DNA of 64,000 nt, from assembly GCF_036321535.1 (NCBI RefSeq), contig NC_087436.1:118608001-118672000 (forward strand), written 5' to 3'. The notes below the pieces were generated by a model that had not been told where the DNA came from, searched no databases, and saw nothing but the letters and a program-made list of their open reading frames with translations. This DNA is from Camelus dromedarius. Taxonomy: Eukaryota. This document shows positions 11,651-24,219 of this stretch, one piece after another; the first letter of the stretch is position 1; each line of letters begins with the position of its first letter. The position numbers and the translations under genes are program-made.

Positions 11651-13609
11651 AATCTCCGTGTGTTTCGGTTTTTTTTTTTTTTTCCTTTTAGTGGAGCTAA
11701 TCAAAGCACCCACCTCACAGGATTACTTAAGATAATAAGTTAAAGCTCTCAACACACTGAACACTGGCCTATGAAGCCCAATGCTTTGTGCTGAATGTTC
11801 TGTGTCTGTGCATTTGAAGAAGCAGGGGAAAGCTTCTAATGATTTTACCAGCTTCACAAAAGAAGCTATGGCTCTGGAAAGTTATTTAAACCAGTTTCAA
11901 GGTGCCCAATAATTTAAGCTTTATTTTGGACCCATTTTGTTCTACAAGCTCAGAAATAAAAGACAGTAAAAAGAATTAAAAATGGAAAAGAGGAAAAAGG
12001 AAAAAGGAGAGAAAAATCTAAACATTGTACTTGGAAACTGCACTAGATGAGGAATAAAGAACTGGGGCTGTTTTGGAAAAGAAAAGATCCTAAGTAACTG
12101 AGAAATATCTTTCAGAACTTCTAGGAATATCAATGTGGAAAAGGAAGAAAACTATGAAAATTCTGAGACCAAAAGTAGGGCAACAGGCAGCCTCTCACTC
12201 TACATACAGAAGACTTTCCAACAACAGAGCTATCCAAGAGTAAAGCAGACTGCTGTGTAAAGTGGTGATCTCCCTGTGATTGGAGGCAGGCAAGGGGGGA
12301 ACACCAGAGGGGGACGGGGGTGGAGAAGAAGCAATGGACATTCTTTCCTGCTACCTCAAATGCACAAACCCAGAAAATTTTACATAATTTAAAAGGTTAC
12401 TTTCGGCTTTAAGGTAGTATACATCAAATATTTGCTTAGATTTTATTAGGATTTAAGCCTAAGAATATGATCTGATATAAAATAGATGGCAGCATAATTT
12501 GGAGGCAGGTACAGAATCTCAAGCAGCCCCCTCTTTACTTTGTACAATTCTACATCAGATCCACGTAGTTTTCCCATGGAATTGACCCCAAGCTCTACTA
12601 CCAAGTCATTATTCAGTCAAGGTCCTGGGGAGAAGTGCACTTTGATGATCCAACATTTATATGAAAGATTACTCCTGTAAAAGCTTGCTTTTAATGTGAA
12701 ATGAAGTGAAGCCATTAATATGCCAGATCTGCTCTCTCCCCTCTGTCAAAGTACCACTTTGCAAGTCTTTATTCTTCAGCTCCAAAACCCCTTCACGTTA
12801 CCCTCATCACCTTCTGGATGGTAATACCCAAATGTTAATTCCATGCATAAGACGTTCTTTAAGGAAGGTCAAATGGAAAAGTGTCTTAAGACCTCACTCA
12901 GGAGAGATGCACAGCTTGCAGTCCAGTTTTTATTCATCCACTCACCGAGTATGGAGTCCCTGCCATGAGTCACCGGTGCGTTAAGAGTGCTCCGGAGGAG
13001 TTGCTGAGAAGAATCAGACATTGTCCCAGTCTTCCAAGTGTGCACATTCAAGTGGACAAACCAAAGTTACTGAAGTGGGAGTGCTTCCAATTCCCAACCC
13101 CAGGAGGGAGATTTTCCACAATGATCACAGCTTATACAAAGGCAAAGGGCCAGAAAGGGTGAGCCTGGTCAGAGAGACTGTTCCAGGTGCCTGGGACACA
13201 GGCCCAAGGAAGGAGTAGGGAGCTGTAACCTCATATGTCCACAGCCATCACTTCCCTCCTTTTACCTGTTTACTCTTGTTTTCTAGATTTCTGGACCAGT
13301 CTCTCTGTGAAGCATCCTAGATCTCATTCCACTTCCCAAACCACCAACACTAGTATAGAGCTGTCTTCTGTCACTTTGAACAAAGTTATGATTTGGTCTT
13401 TGCATCTCTCTATGGCAATGAATCTTAACTTTTTCTGTGTTCTGGACATATTTACAAGTAGTATTAAAATCTGCAGCATTCTTGATGGGATTAAAGACCT
13501 AAAACAACACCAAACAAGTCAGCAATCATTATCCTGTCATCCCTACTACAGTGTGACTGTATCCATCTCACAGGGCCTTTAATGACTCCTTAATTGCACT
13601 TGCTTACTC

Positions 13610-13630
13610 TTCAGCACCATGGCGCTGTCC
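13610..13630 (+). promoter_or_regulatory. Non-canonical RE1: perfect left half plus inverted perfect right half
   Basis: TTCAGCACC-AT-GGCGCTGTCC; the second part is the exact reverse complement of GGACAGCGCC. Confidence 0.5.
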
Positions 13631-14229
13631 ACTACCCTGACCCTGTTCTCTTATATGCTCAAGGGGCAGTCTTCTGACGTTCCCTTTCCATTACAAGAGC
13701 TTCCTCTTTCTCACAAGAAAGTCAGACTCCACTCAACACTGTTCTGCTTGTGAGTACACAGGGCTCCACCTGATAGCTGTTACTAGAATGACTTGTAGAC
13801 TTGGTTGTAACAAACAAACTGTGAATGCCAATCAAAATGTAGCAGAACCTCTACAGAGGACTTTTTCAATACATCACCGTGCTCACAGAAACACATGGGC
13901 TGAGAACCACTGGTTGCTGGAATATCTCACATTTTCCTATTTTCTACCAGTGCCTCTTATACATAGGTCCCTAATCTCTATCTCTGGGCCTTGCCTCTCA
14001 TCCCCATCCCATTCTGTGTTTTAGTTGCCCAGTGAGACACCTCAATTTGATGCTCTTTCTCAACTCTGATTCAGCCTGGGAACCAATGCAGATCTTTTCT
14101 TCCAAACTCATCCATTACACTTTCTGACCACCCCATTATCAGCTCCAAGAGGTGTTTATTAGCATCTCTTAGTGAGCCAGAATGTACACATTTAGTCCTC
14201 ATGTCTCCTCCAGAAAGACTAACATTGGG

Positions 14230-14548
14230 CTTCTCCTCCTCACTTCATGCCTTGATTATGTGACTTCCTTTAGCCAATGGCTATGAGCAGATATGAAAGG
14301 GCCACAGTTAAAAAGAAGTTCTTAAAGGCATTTCAGGTTGATTCTAGTCTCTTGTGCTTCCATTCTCTGTGCTCCCTCAGCCTGGGTCAAGGTGAGTAGA
14401 TACAAGCAGAGCCACTATTCACAGCAGCCAGGGGCAAAGCTACAGCCAATCCAGGCCCTCATGCAGCTTGAGCAAGAAATAAATGTATGTTGTTGAAAAC
14501 CATTGTGACTTTGGGATTGTTTGCTATGGAACAAAGCTGACTAATACA
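14230..14548 (+). mobile_element. MaLR LTR (old MLT1)
   Basis: ATGTGACTTCCTTTAGCCAATGG, GAGCAAGAAATAAATG and GCTGACTAATACA terminus. Confidence 0.7.
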
Positions 14549-14564
14549 CCATCCCACAGTAAGA

Positions 14565-14820
14565 ATAATAACAGCGAGCCCACAGAGTGCATACTATGTG
14601 CAGGTGCTATTCTAAGCATCTTGCATATATTAAATCATTTAATTCTCAGGGAAAAACCCCTATGCAGTATTAATATTTTCCCATTTTACAAGTGAGAAAA
14701 TTGCTGCACAGAGAAAATTTGCCCAAAAATTTGCCCAAATTGCACAGCCAGTAAGTGTAACAGCTAGAATTCAAACCCAGATAGTCAAGCTTCAGAATCC
14801 ACATTCTTCCATGCTGCCTT
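14565..14820 (-). mobile_element. MIR SINE
   Basis: TACTATGTGCAGG...CCCATTTTACAAGTGAGAAAA...AATTCAAACCCAG. Confidence 0.75.
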
Positions 14821-15793
14821 TATCACACCATCTTCTCACCTCAAGAACTTCCAGAGGCTTCCTATTACCACAGAATAAAGTCAGAGTACCCTATAACTTG
14901 GAGCTGAATTACCTAATTCAACTTTGTAAAGAAAAGTAATCTGAAGCTCAGAGAAGAACTGACTTGTCCAAGGTCAAATATCCCATTCACATTTGAGCCA
15001 GATTTAAACCCCACGTGCTATTTCCATCACTTTGGGTGTATTTTGTCTGACTTACAAAGCCTTGTAGAACCCCCTCGATCTCCCAGCCATTCAAATTTAC
15101 TTCAAGTTCCTCACGCCTTGAATTAACAATGTAAAAATCCTTACTCTCTTCTGACCATATTCATTTCCCAGCCCAGGTCTTGTCCATGCTGTTCCCCCTG
15201 CTTTGCATGCTCTTCCTTTGTCTCTACCAATCAAATCCCTCAACACCTAGCTCACTCCATCCCCCAAGCCCCAAAAGGCCACCTCCTATTGCTTCTGCCA
15301 ACGATGAGTTCTCCTTTCTCTGAATTACTCTAACACCTGTGATTTAGTCCACAGTTTACCCTCCAGTCATTTTGAAGTCATTCTATGCATGTGCAATTTT
15401 TCACTTAGATGGAAAGCTTCTCAAGGTCAGGGTCATGTAAATAAAAATATGTATTTTTAACTGCCCATCATACCCTGCACAGTTCAAGGAACAGACAGAT
15501 ATCCAGTTAACATTCACTGATCACCCGTCATTCTGAATTTTCATTTCCTCAAAGAGAGAGCCTGAGTTCAGGGAAGGGAACTATCACCTGTTAGCCACTG
15601 ACTATGTGCCCGGCACATTCACATATGTCATGTCATGTGTTTCCATGTATTCAGTCTTGGCCAAGTTTATTACAAGAAACAGGCAGTCAGGGCTAAGTTG
15701 CCATAACTATGTTATGGAAGATACCCTAACTCAGTATCACTTTTATGCCCTCTGAAACACTTTTAAAGAATTTAACTTAAAATAATTTTCCCC

Positions 15794-15915
15794 AAAACAT
15801 TGTAAACTGACCATACTTTAATGAAAAATATATATACGAAAAATAAAAAATAAAATAAAATAAAATAAAATAAAATAAAATAAAATAAAATAAAATAAAA
15901 TAAAATAAAATAAAA
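15794..15915 (+). mobile_element. Extremely 5'-truncated young L1 3' end with (TAAAA)n tail
   Basis: AACATTGTAAACTGACCATACTTTAAT followed by an A-rich tail of about 14 TAAAA units; imperfect target-site duplication; TT/AAAA endonuclease site. Confidence 0.6.
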
Positions 15916-16342
15916 TTTCCCCTAAGACTATGGCCCACTTCTCCCTGCCTGATCATAACCTTGACCAAACCAGTAGGGTCTCTTTCTCTGCCCTGGATGA
16001 CAGAAGCTCTGAGTCAGAATGAGACTCTGAGTCAGGTGCCCAGGCGCACACCTCCAGTGGTCTGAATTGCTGGCAGGTTTGGTCTCTGCTCTTCCTTGAC
16101 CTTCATTCTTGGTATCCTACTTCCATCTGATTGCACTAGGTGTGTGACAAATCACTGAAGGCATCTCAAATCCTTTGCATAAAAAGGCAGGAAGATAAAC
16201 TAAATATTTATAGATAGGCTGAGCGTCACCCTCAGGAAGAAGTAGGTTTTTTTGCATATTTGTCCATTACAGTAACGAACTCAGGCTGATGTAGTTTTTA
16301 CTTATTGGTACCTTTCTTCCCTGCTCATCTTCACTGTTTGAT

Positions 16343-16344
<2 letters not shown>

Positions 16345-16389
<45 letters not shown>

Positions 16390-16458
16390 ACACACACACT
16401 CACACACACACACTCACACACACTCACACACTCACACACACACACACACACACACACA
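16345..16458. repeat. Long interrupted (CA)n microsatellite
   Basis: 114 nt of CA repeats with several CT interruptions. Confidence 0.95.
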
Positions 16459-19400
16459 GATTTCAATCAGACAGTGACTATCTTAGCAAGGAGACCAGCC
16501 CGTCTACCCTCCCTGCCTGAATCGGATCTCTTCATTCCTCCACGGGCCACTGATGAAGCTTTAAAGTCTCTAATCCTCAGTTTACTCTTTGGAAAACAGG
16601 CTGTCTTCCTCATAGGACTGTTCTGAAAACCCAGTAAATGATCACAGGGGTCCTGATTGCCGTCACAGTCTGCAAAATCACAAATGGTCAGTACTCACGA
16701 AGTCTTATTTGTAATAACAATAATTCTTAACCGTCATGGTAGACACTCTTGCCACCCTCTTCCGTGGCTCTGTGGGGACAGAAAGATTCCGAGGGGCCAC
16801 GAGCCCTGTGCCTTTGTTTGCTCAGAGCCACGCCCAGGATGCTCTACTTGCTTAACCACCACAGTAGGCACCGAAAAACAGCTTTAGCTAAATGAATTCT
16901 GGCTGCCCCATTAATCTTTTTAAAAAGCCACACATGAAAAGAGAGCTTTATTAATATTTTAAACAATCCTTGGGGGCTGAAGCCAAGCTTTTCCCCTCTT
17001 TTCAATCAGGCTACTCTTGTATCTCAGAAGAAGGCTAAGGTGGAGGAAAGAGGAAAAGACACCGCAGTCAACATGAGTAGAGTGTTTTCGTGATTCAGCC
17101 CTGCTCCCGCCTCGGTCCTCACTGTGCACTGTCTGGGATGTCCCTCCTCCTCCTCTGCTCACATACCCTCTCCTATCTCTGATTTCACTGCCAAAGCTGG
17201 GACCTTACCCGCTTTGTTCAGGTGGGCAGGCTGAGGCTCAGGGGGGCACAGAGTGAGAAAACATCAAGCAGGTGGGGACCTGGGGATGCAGCTGGTCTTT
17301 TTTTTTTTTTTTTTTAAATCTTGATCCTTTTCTAAGCCTTCTGGGTCCCTCCACAGATCACACACACCAGGGCTGCCAAAACATCTTAACTGTCTCCAGG
17401 ATTTGCTCGAACTGCTCAGAGAAGCTGCACTTGGATGCAGAGGTCAGGCTCCTGTCATGCTGACTTTCCTTCGGTTTTTCCAAGGGATCACACTCTTTTG
17501 CCTTGGGGCCTTCCCCCACGTCACACAGAACCCCCTTCCTCCCCTCTGTCTCCCTCCGCATCCCAGGACGAGGCTGGGTGTTCCTGCTGTGGTCTCCCTG
17601 GCTTCCCATACCACCCCTTACAACACCCCCACACTTCGCTGCAGTTTCAGGCTGAAATGTCAGTCTTTGCTAAACCCTGGGAAGGCAAGGGCATGCCCAT
17701 CTCATACCCTCTTTCCCTAGCACCCTGCACAGTGCCCGGCACAGACCAGGTGCTTATTGTTCTTATAGTCACTTACCAATTGGGTAATATTGAACATGAT
17801 AAGGGTATAGCATGTGTAAAGCCACAATGCCCGTCCATTCATTTAATGGCATTCTGGTTCCTGTCACAACACGAACATTATCAGCAAAGGATCCTCAGGA
17901 AGCTGTGCGTCCTACAAAGGAGCTCCGTCCAAGGCCATCCTCTCTGGTTTCTCCTTTAAACCACAAATCTTTCTAGCTGGAGTGAACTATGTGGACCAAA
18001 CAAAAGATGAATGACTCATCAAGGGCTACTTTCCCAGTAACTGAGCGTAGTTTTCAGCATCTCTCTTCCCCATGCTATTGAAGCTGTCGGAGTCACTCCG
18101 TTTGATTCTCTCTTATACATGAGTGGACTACTTGCTTCACTCAAACGGCTAAAGCAGCAGGATCAGCCAGCAGTTCTGAAGCCCTTGCTCCGTGCCTACC
18201 AAACACAAAGCGCTTTGCCAGGGTCCTCTTGGACGCCCAAGGGTCCTATCAAATGGCCAGTGCTAGGCCCACTTTGGATATCAGAGCACAGAGGCTCAGA
18301 GAGGTGGCAGAGCAGGGAGGCAAACCCAGATCCATCTGGTGCTAAAGCCTGGGCAGTTCATCTCCACTCTGGAGGGCCACAGCCAGAAGGCAGGGTGACA
18401 GAACTGGACAACTTAGGAGGCACTGTTCCCATACATCTGCCTCAAAGCCCATCTTGCTCAACTTCCTTCTTAGAAACTGGGGTCCGGAACAGGGCACAGA
18501 CCTGCGGGGGGCCACAGACACAAAGGGACCTGGGGCTCCAGAACTCATCAGTCACTGCATCACCTCTACCTCCATCTCCTGCCTCGGGTCCCCCGGGGGC
18601 AGGGCTGGAGAGTCCCAAAGCCTGGACCTGCTCATATAAATATCCAGTTCATTCCTCCCACTGCCTAGCCTAGGACAACTCCATCCCTTCCATTGATTCT
18701 TAGCCGACAACAGTGTTAAGTGACTGGTCACTTACATCTCCATGTCTCAGAGGGCAAGGATTAGGGATGGGGAAGAGGTGGTCCCACCCTCAGGGGTCAC
18801 ACTGCTGGATGGTAACTCTGCAAAGGTCGGCTGACAAAACCTGAAGCAGGATGCAGGAGGGGCTTCCTAAGAGGAGACTCAGCCCAGAAGGGCAGAATGC
18901 AGGCCTGTTCTGGAGAGGTATGGGTCCAGTTCCCTCCCAGCCTTCCTCTCAGTTGCACCTCCAGCCACTGCTCCAGCCTCTGAGAGCTTCATGTGGACAA
19001 TGCTTCCTTCAAAAGATTTACTGAGAAGATTCAATAAGGCAAGGTCCACAATACACTGGGCAGACGAGTGGGGAATGTCAGCTCCTTCCCCTCTACCCAA
19101 AGCTACTTTCTCCAAGATGCTCTGGGGCCATCTCTAAGCCTGGATAAATGAGGATGCTGGGTTTCCTGTCTTTAAACCTCAGGCATGGAATCCCTGGAGG
19201 ATTCAATTACGCTCAGAATCCTGCCTCCTAGTACCTGGCTGCTCAGACACCAGCCACCCAAGGCCCGTGGGCTTCACCAGCACCTGTGGTCCACATCTCT
19301 CAGGAATGGCTTGGTTCAATTCTCATGCCAGGCAGGGAATGGGGTGGAGGTTTCTGAATCGGCTGTCCCCTCAGCTCCCCACCCTGAGACAAAGCAGGAA

Positions 19401-19518
19401 GACCTGGGTTCCTTTGTTTCCGGCCACACCCAGGGACATAGAGTACAGCTCAGTCCCCACTCCCATTCCCGCACCCCAGCGTTAACCCCTCCGGGGCCGC
19501 CAGTGCCGGCCCATTAGG

Positions 19519-19528
19519 CTATTTTTAG
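19519..19528. promoter_or_regulatory. MEF2 consensus site
   Basis: CTATTTTTAG fits CTA(A/T)4TAG exactly and is an AT island at the edge of the CpG island. Confidence 0.45.
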
Positions 19529-20072
19529 TTGCGGGGACGAATGGGAGGGGCGCTTCTATCATGGCGCTGTCTCTAGGTCCAGACTTCCACTCCATCATTA
19601 TGGGCGGGGAGTGGGGAACGGTGGTCGATTTCTTTCCTCCCTCTGGCTGGGAAGGAACTCTGCTGCGAGGCGCAAGAGCTGGACGGTGCAAAGGCTGCAC
19701 TCTGGAGGCTCAGCTCCAAGGCTGGATGGAGGGTGTTCGGACCCCCGCGCCCCTCCCTCTTTTGTTCAGCTCTGCAACCTCCCAGTCCACGCCATCCTCA
19801 GGCACATCCCGTGGGGGGAGGGGGCTGCAAGCCCGCGGGGAGAGGGGCCTGAGGCTCCAGCCCCGCCCCGCCACGCGGGGCTCCCCTCCCCCCCATTGTC
19901 CCCAGATGCTTGGGGGAGGGGGCTGCAAAGCCGAGACCGGCCCCGCCCTACCCGCGGCGACGCAGGAAGCCTCCGGGGGCCGCCCCTGAGGTCCCCCAGC
20001 GGATCCCGACCCTGGCGGAGACCACCTCCACCGCACAAAGAACGGCGAGGCAGAGGCGGGGGCCCAGCTTAC

Positions 20073-20111
20073 CGTGATGTGCGGAATGCTCTTCTTGCCC
20101 TGGTAAGACAT
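20073..20111 (-). CDS. CRMP1: CRMP1 short-isoform first coding exon (MSYQGKKSIPHIT)
   Basis: ggggccATG context, 13 codons, then donor ACG|gtaagc. The peptide is the known N-terminus of short CRMP1. The intron to exon 2 is 18,561 nt. Confidence 0.97.
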
Positions 20112-23100
20112 GGCCCCGCTCTGGCGCCCTCGGCCCGGCGGGTGAACCTGTGGGGCTGGCTTTCGCTCTGTCCGGCTCCCTTGAGCGGTTCCGCTCTGCA
20201 CGGGAGCGGTGACAAAGGCCTGGGCCCAGTAAAGAGAGGGACGGAGGCTCGGCGCGTGCGGCTGCCCACGCGCCCGGCTGCCCCGGCTGCTCGGCCCGCC
20301 CGCCGCCGCCGCCGCTCGGCTGCCAGCACCGCCCGGCTGCGCGAGGAGGGCGGGAGGAGGAGGGAGAGACGAGGGCGGGAGGAGGGGGCTGCAGACAGAC
20401 AGCTCCTCCCGGCGGCGCGGAGCCGAGCCGGATTCGCTCCTCTCGGCTCGAACCAGGAAGCGCTTGCCTTCCGATCTCCCCCACTCCGCCCCCCGCCCCA
20501 CCAACCGCCCAGCCCCGCCGACCCCCGCCCCGCGCACACGCCCTCAGCTGGGCCCCAGCCTCGCTCTCGCGATTGGGTAGGTCTGGTTTTCAGGGCTCTT
20601 TTAAAAGCCAGAGACGGACTTCGGATGCGCTGGCAGAGACTGTGGGCAGCGCCACAGGTGTGGTGCGCCGCATCTGGGGGCCTCCCTGGAACACGTGCCT
20701 GAGGGAGGGAGTGTGAGCCGGGTGCCTAGAACCTCCCCCTCACCCCCACCCCCAGCTGCTGGAGCATTCAGGCTCTCCAGGATCTGGCCCAGCGGTCGCC
20801 CCCCTTTGGCCTTTCCGCAGCCTCCAGCCTCCGTTTGTCCATCCTCTGTGATAACTCCCTGAATAGACCAAGCAGATTTCCAGCCCCAAGTCCAAGCCTT
20901 TATTCCAGCCGTACCTTCTCTTAATATCTTAGCTCAGACATAAGCTTACCTATTCTCCCTGACTTACTGCCAACGGTTTCTCCATAAAGCCTTTCCCTGC
21001 CACCCTCTCCCATCGTTGAACCAGACTCAGCAGGAACCTCCCTGCAGCAGGGAGGCTTAGGCCCTAATGAGTGGCTGACCTGCTCTACTGCCTGCAGCCC
21101 TGCTCATCACACAGCCCCCAGGTACTGGGACCAACAGGTCACCCCCACAGCCCTGTCTACCAGACAGTGATTGCTGATTGGACAGCCAGACCATTAGCAC
21201 TAAGGTCTCCACAGCCCCCAGGACAGGCTAGAGGGAAGGTGGCGAACAGAATGTCCTGCCTCCCAGTGGAGAGTGGACACCAGCCCTGGCACCCATAATC
21301 CAGATGTTGCTTTGGGGAGAGGTGGGCAGGAGACCAGGGCATAGCATGTTAAACTTCTTGATAGGAGAAGAGTAAAGAGGAGACATGGAGAGAAGAGGGG
21401 AGCCCTAGCAAGCCCCCACAGCACTAGACAGGTGCCCCAAATCTCCAGGCAGATTAAAATGCCAACCTCACTTTCTGCCTACAAAATCCAAACCTGCAGG
21501 TTCTATAAAAAGACCCCATCTTTTTTACTGTCAAGTTGCCACCCAGAGGGCAGGTGTGCTAATCATGGAAAAGCCCCCACCACTCAAGTTAGGGCCTGAA
21601 GCTCTTACCTCCACTGCCACCTGGGGGCCAGTCCTCCAGTCCAGGACCAGAGGCCAGAGATGCCTGGTCCTTAAAACGGAGATGGGGTTATATGTTCACA
21701 AAAGAGAAGCAGCTTAGTATTCCAGGAACACTAGGCCCTAAGCTTCCCATTTCACAGGTGGGAAATTGAGGCATACAGAGGTAAAATGGTATCTCAGGTA
21801 CAAAGCATATTAGCTGCAGCAGAGCATATCTAGAAGCCACATTCCTGCACGCCTCGTCTAGAGCGCATTCTCCTACACTCATTCATTTCAGCCTTGGCTC
21901 TGCTGGGTCCTATATTCTTGTTGCTGACCGGAAATTTCAGGTCTTCCTCTCCCAGACTCCATATTCCCTTCCACAGCGTTGCTAAGTCCTAGGTTCCAGG
22001 AACCAGGGCGTCCCACGGTTGAGTCTGGTCAGGTATGCTCCAGGGGTGGGGACAAGACCACGTGCATATCGAGGGAGGGGCATGGGTCCGCTGTTGGCCA
22101 AAAAGACCACGGCTCCCGAGCGGACTTCCCGGGTACAAAGCTCCGCAGTCGCTCAGCCTTGGGCCTCCGCAAGCGCTGCGCCTGCGCTGCAGAAACCCCT
22201 CCTCCCTCCCCAGGAAAGAGCTTTATGGGCGGGGGAAGGGCCTCGGTACCCTCTGCAAAACGTAGAATCAGCGAGGCCCGCCCCGGAATCCGAACCCCGT
22301 GGCCCCTCAGCTCTCAGAAAGTAAAACGTTCCCCTCAGGGAGACCATGAGCCCCTTGGCTACACAGTCCCGAACCTCGAGAGCTTCTGAAGCCCTCGGAG
22401 CGCCGGAGGCGCTGCCTTTTGTCCAGTACCCGCGAAGCCATGGCGAAAGGGGAGAGAGGGCTAGAGGGGGAGAGGAAGGAAGAATGAAAGAGGTGAAGCA
22501 ACCAGCGTCCCCAAGCGCCGAAGCACGGCTGCGAAGCCGTCCCAGACAGCCCAGGGGAGATGGTGGCGTTAGTGACATTGACTGCAGCTCCATCAGGGAC
22601 GCTTTCCACAGCTCCCAGCCGTACACAAAGCGCTCTCGCCTCCCTGATACTCCTTCACGCCTTGAGGAAGTCTGGGAGATGCCACCCCCATTTCACAGAT
22701 GAGGAAGCTGAAGCTCAAGAGGGCGCAGTACCTTGACTGGAAACCAGGGTTCTCCGGTATTGGCCCCGGCTTCTCAGTCCGTGGCTCTGAAGCCTCCCGC
22801 TTAGGCTCTGAAGCCTGGATCCCAAGCGAGGTCAGCCACCAGAGAAGGAGGTGGGCAGGAAGAGATACAGAAGGGGTTGGGACAAGGAGACGGGACACTT
22901 TCGATATCCCCATTTCTCGCCCCCACCTCCACCACACACCCCCTCACTGTAGACCTTCCTCTTGCGAGGCGCCGGATTCAGGACCACGGAGAGTTCCCGA
23001 GTTACCGGGACAGAAAGCCTGGGGCGTTGGGGATTGGGGGCAGGAGGAGACCCACTATTGGGTTGTAGCAGCCACAGGCTGACCCAGCCCCCACTTCTCA

Positions 23101-24219
23101 AGAAAGCCCTCCTAGATCAAGCTCTGCCTCCTCCGGTTCACTTTATGCCTCTCATAGCATTTAAGGGGAGAAGGGTTAATAAAAATGATAATGATAAAAC
23201 TCATATAATAAACAACGAACATTTATTGAGTGCTCACTACCTAGCAGCATTAATTCATTTAATTTTCACAGTGAATTTGTCACCCACCCTGACCCAGGGT
23301 GGGGCCGGAGTGCTGTGCAGGGATCCCAGCACCTATCAGGGGCCTGGAACCTGAGCAGTGCTCAGACTGGAAGTTCTGGGTTAAACCGACAGCTCGCCAG
23401 CCCTCGGGTACTCCAACTTCCGTTGTCCAAGCACCTCGACCATATATCCCGAAGCTGTGTCGTCTATCCACCGTTCCTCCCGCAGTGCCCTGGCGACCCC
23501 CAGCTAAAGGGACAAGAGCCATAGGGCCCAAGGCTTGAAGTTCCCTCTCCCTGATGTTTCCCCACTTTCATAGGGGGGAAAAACCTCCGAGTCTAGGAAG
23601 CTATTGACCCCAGATCAAATCCCCGCTCTGCCTCCAGCTTGCTCTGTGAAGTGAGCACACTGGCGTCGTGCTGTGGTATTCAGGGGCGTCCCTGAAGATG
23701 TCGGTGATTGCGGGTAGTGGTTTCCAGTTCTATCTGCCAGACGATCTAAATCTTTCACCAGATATTTCCCTCAGAAAGCACAGAGGGGAGCACTCAGGAA
23801 AGGCTTAAGCTTTAAGCCCTGTGACCACAGGCATTTCAGGGAACCTCTCCTAGCGCCTGGTACCTAGCAGGTGCTCTATAATTACTAATGAGTGAGTGAA
23901 TAAATGAAGGGATGAATGCGGAACGGAGCTCCCCGGCTTTTCATAAAGCAGAGAGTAGGGAGCCTTGGATGAAATTAACCCCAGAGGTACTGCTGCGTTT
24001 TAAGGAACCATGTGGCGGTTTTAGCCAACTTACTTCCCTTTTCAGAACCTCGCTCTGCTTTTCTGCAGAGGAGGAGAGGGGGACTGGATCTCGAAGGACC
24101 CTTTGGAGTCTCCCGGACTATGCTGGCCAACCCTGACCGAGTCGCACCACCTCTCCAAGACCTCCTATATGATGGGGTGAGGGAAGGGCCTTCTGGAGCT
24201 CTCCCAAGCCTGGTGGCAG

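Larger units (their letters stand above)
19480..20720 (-). promoter_or_regulatory. CRMP1: CpG island / proximal promoter and 5' UTR of the CRMP1 short isoform
   Basis: Very high GC and CpG density around the short first exon. GC boxes CCCCGCCC at 20491 and 20523, CCAAT on the minus strand at 20572-20576, TCTCGCGA at 20565-20572. TSS not determinable. Confidence 0.85.

Noticed and set aside
19482..19563. Possible third CRMP1 first exon (gcgccATG, MIEAPLPF...)
   Set aside because: Good Kozak context, but the frame ends at TAA and I see no convincing in-phase splice donor.
19611..20702. 363-aa plus-strand ORF and overlapping long ORFs across the CpG island
   Set aside because: Arg/Pro/Gly/Ala-rich frames expected from stop-poor GC-rich DNA; no recognisable domain; antisense to the CRMP1 first exon.
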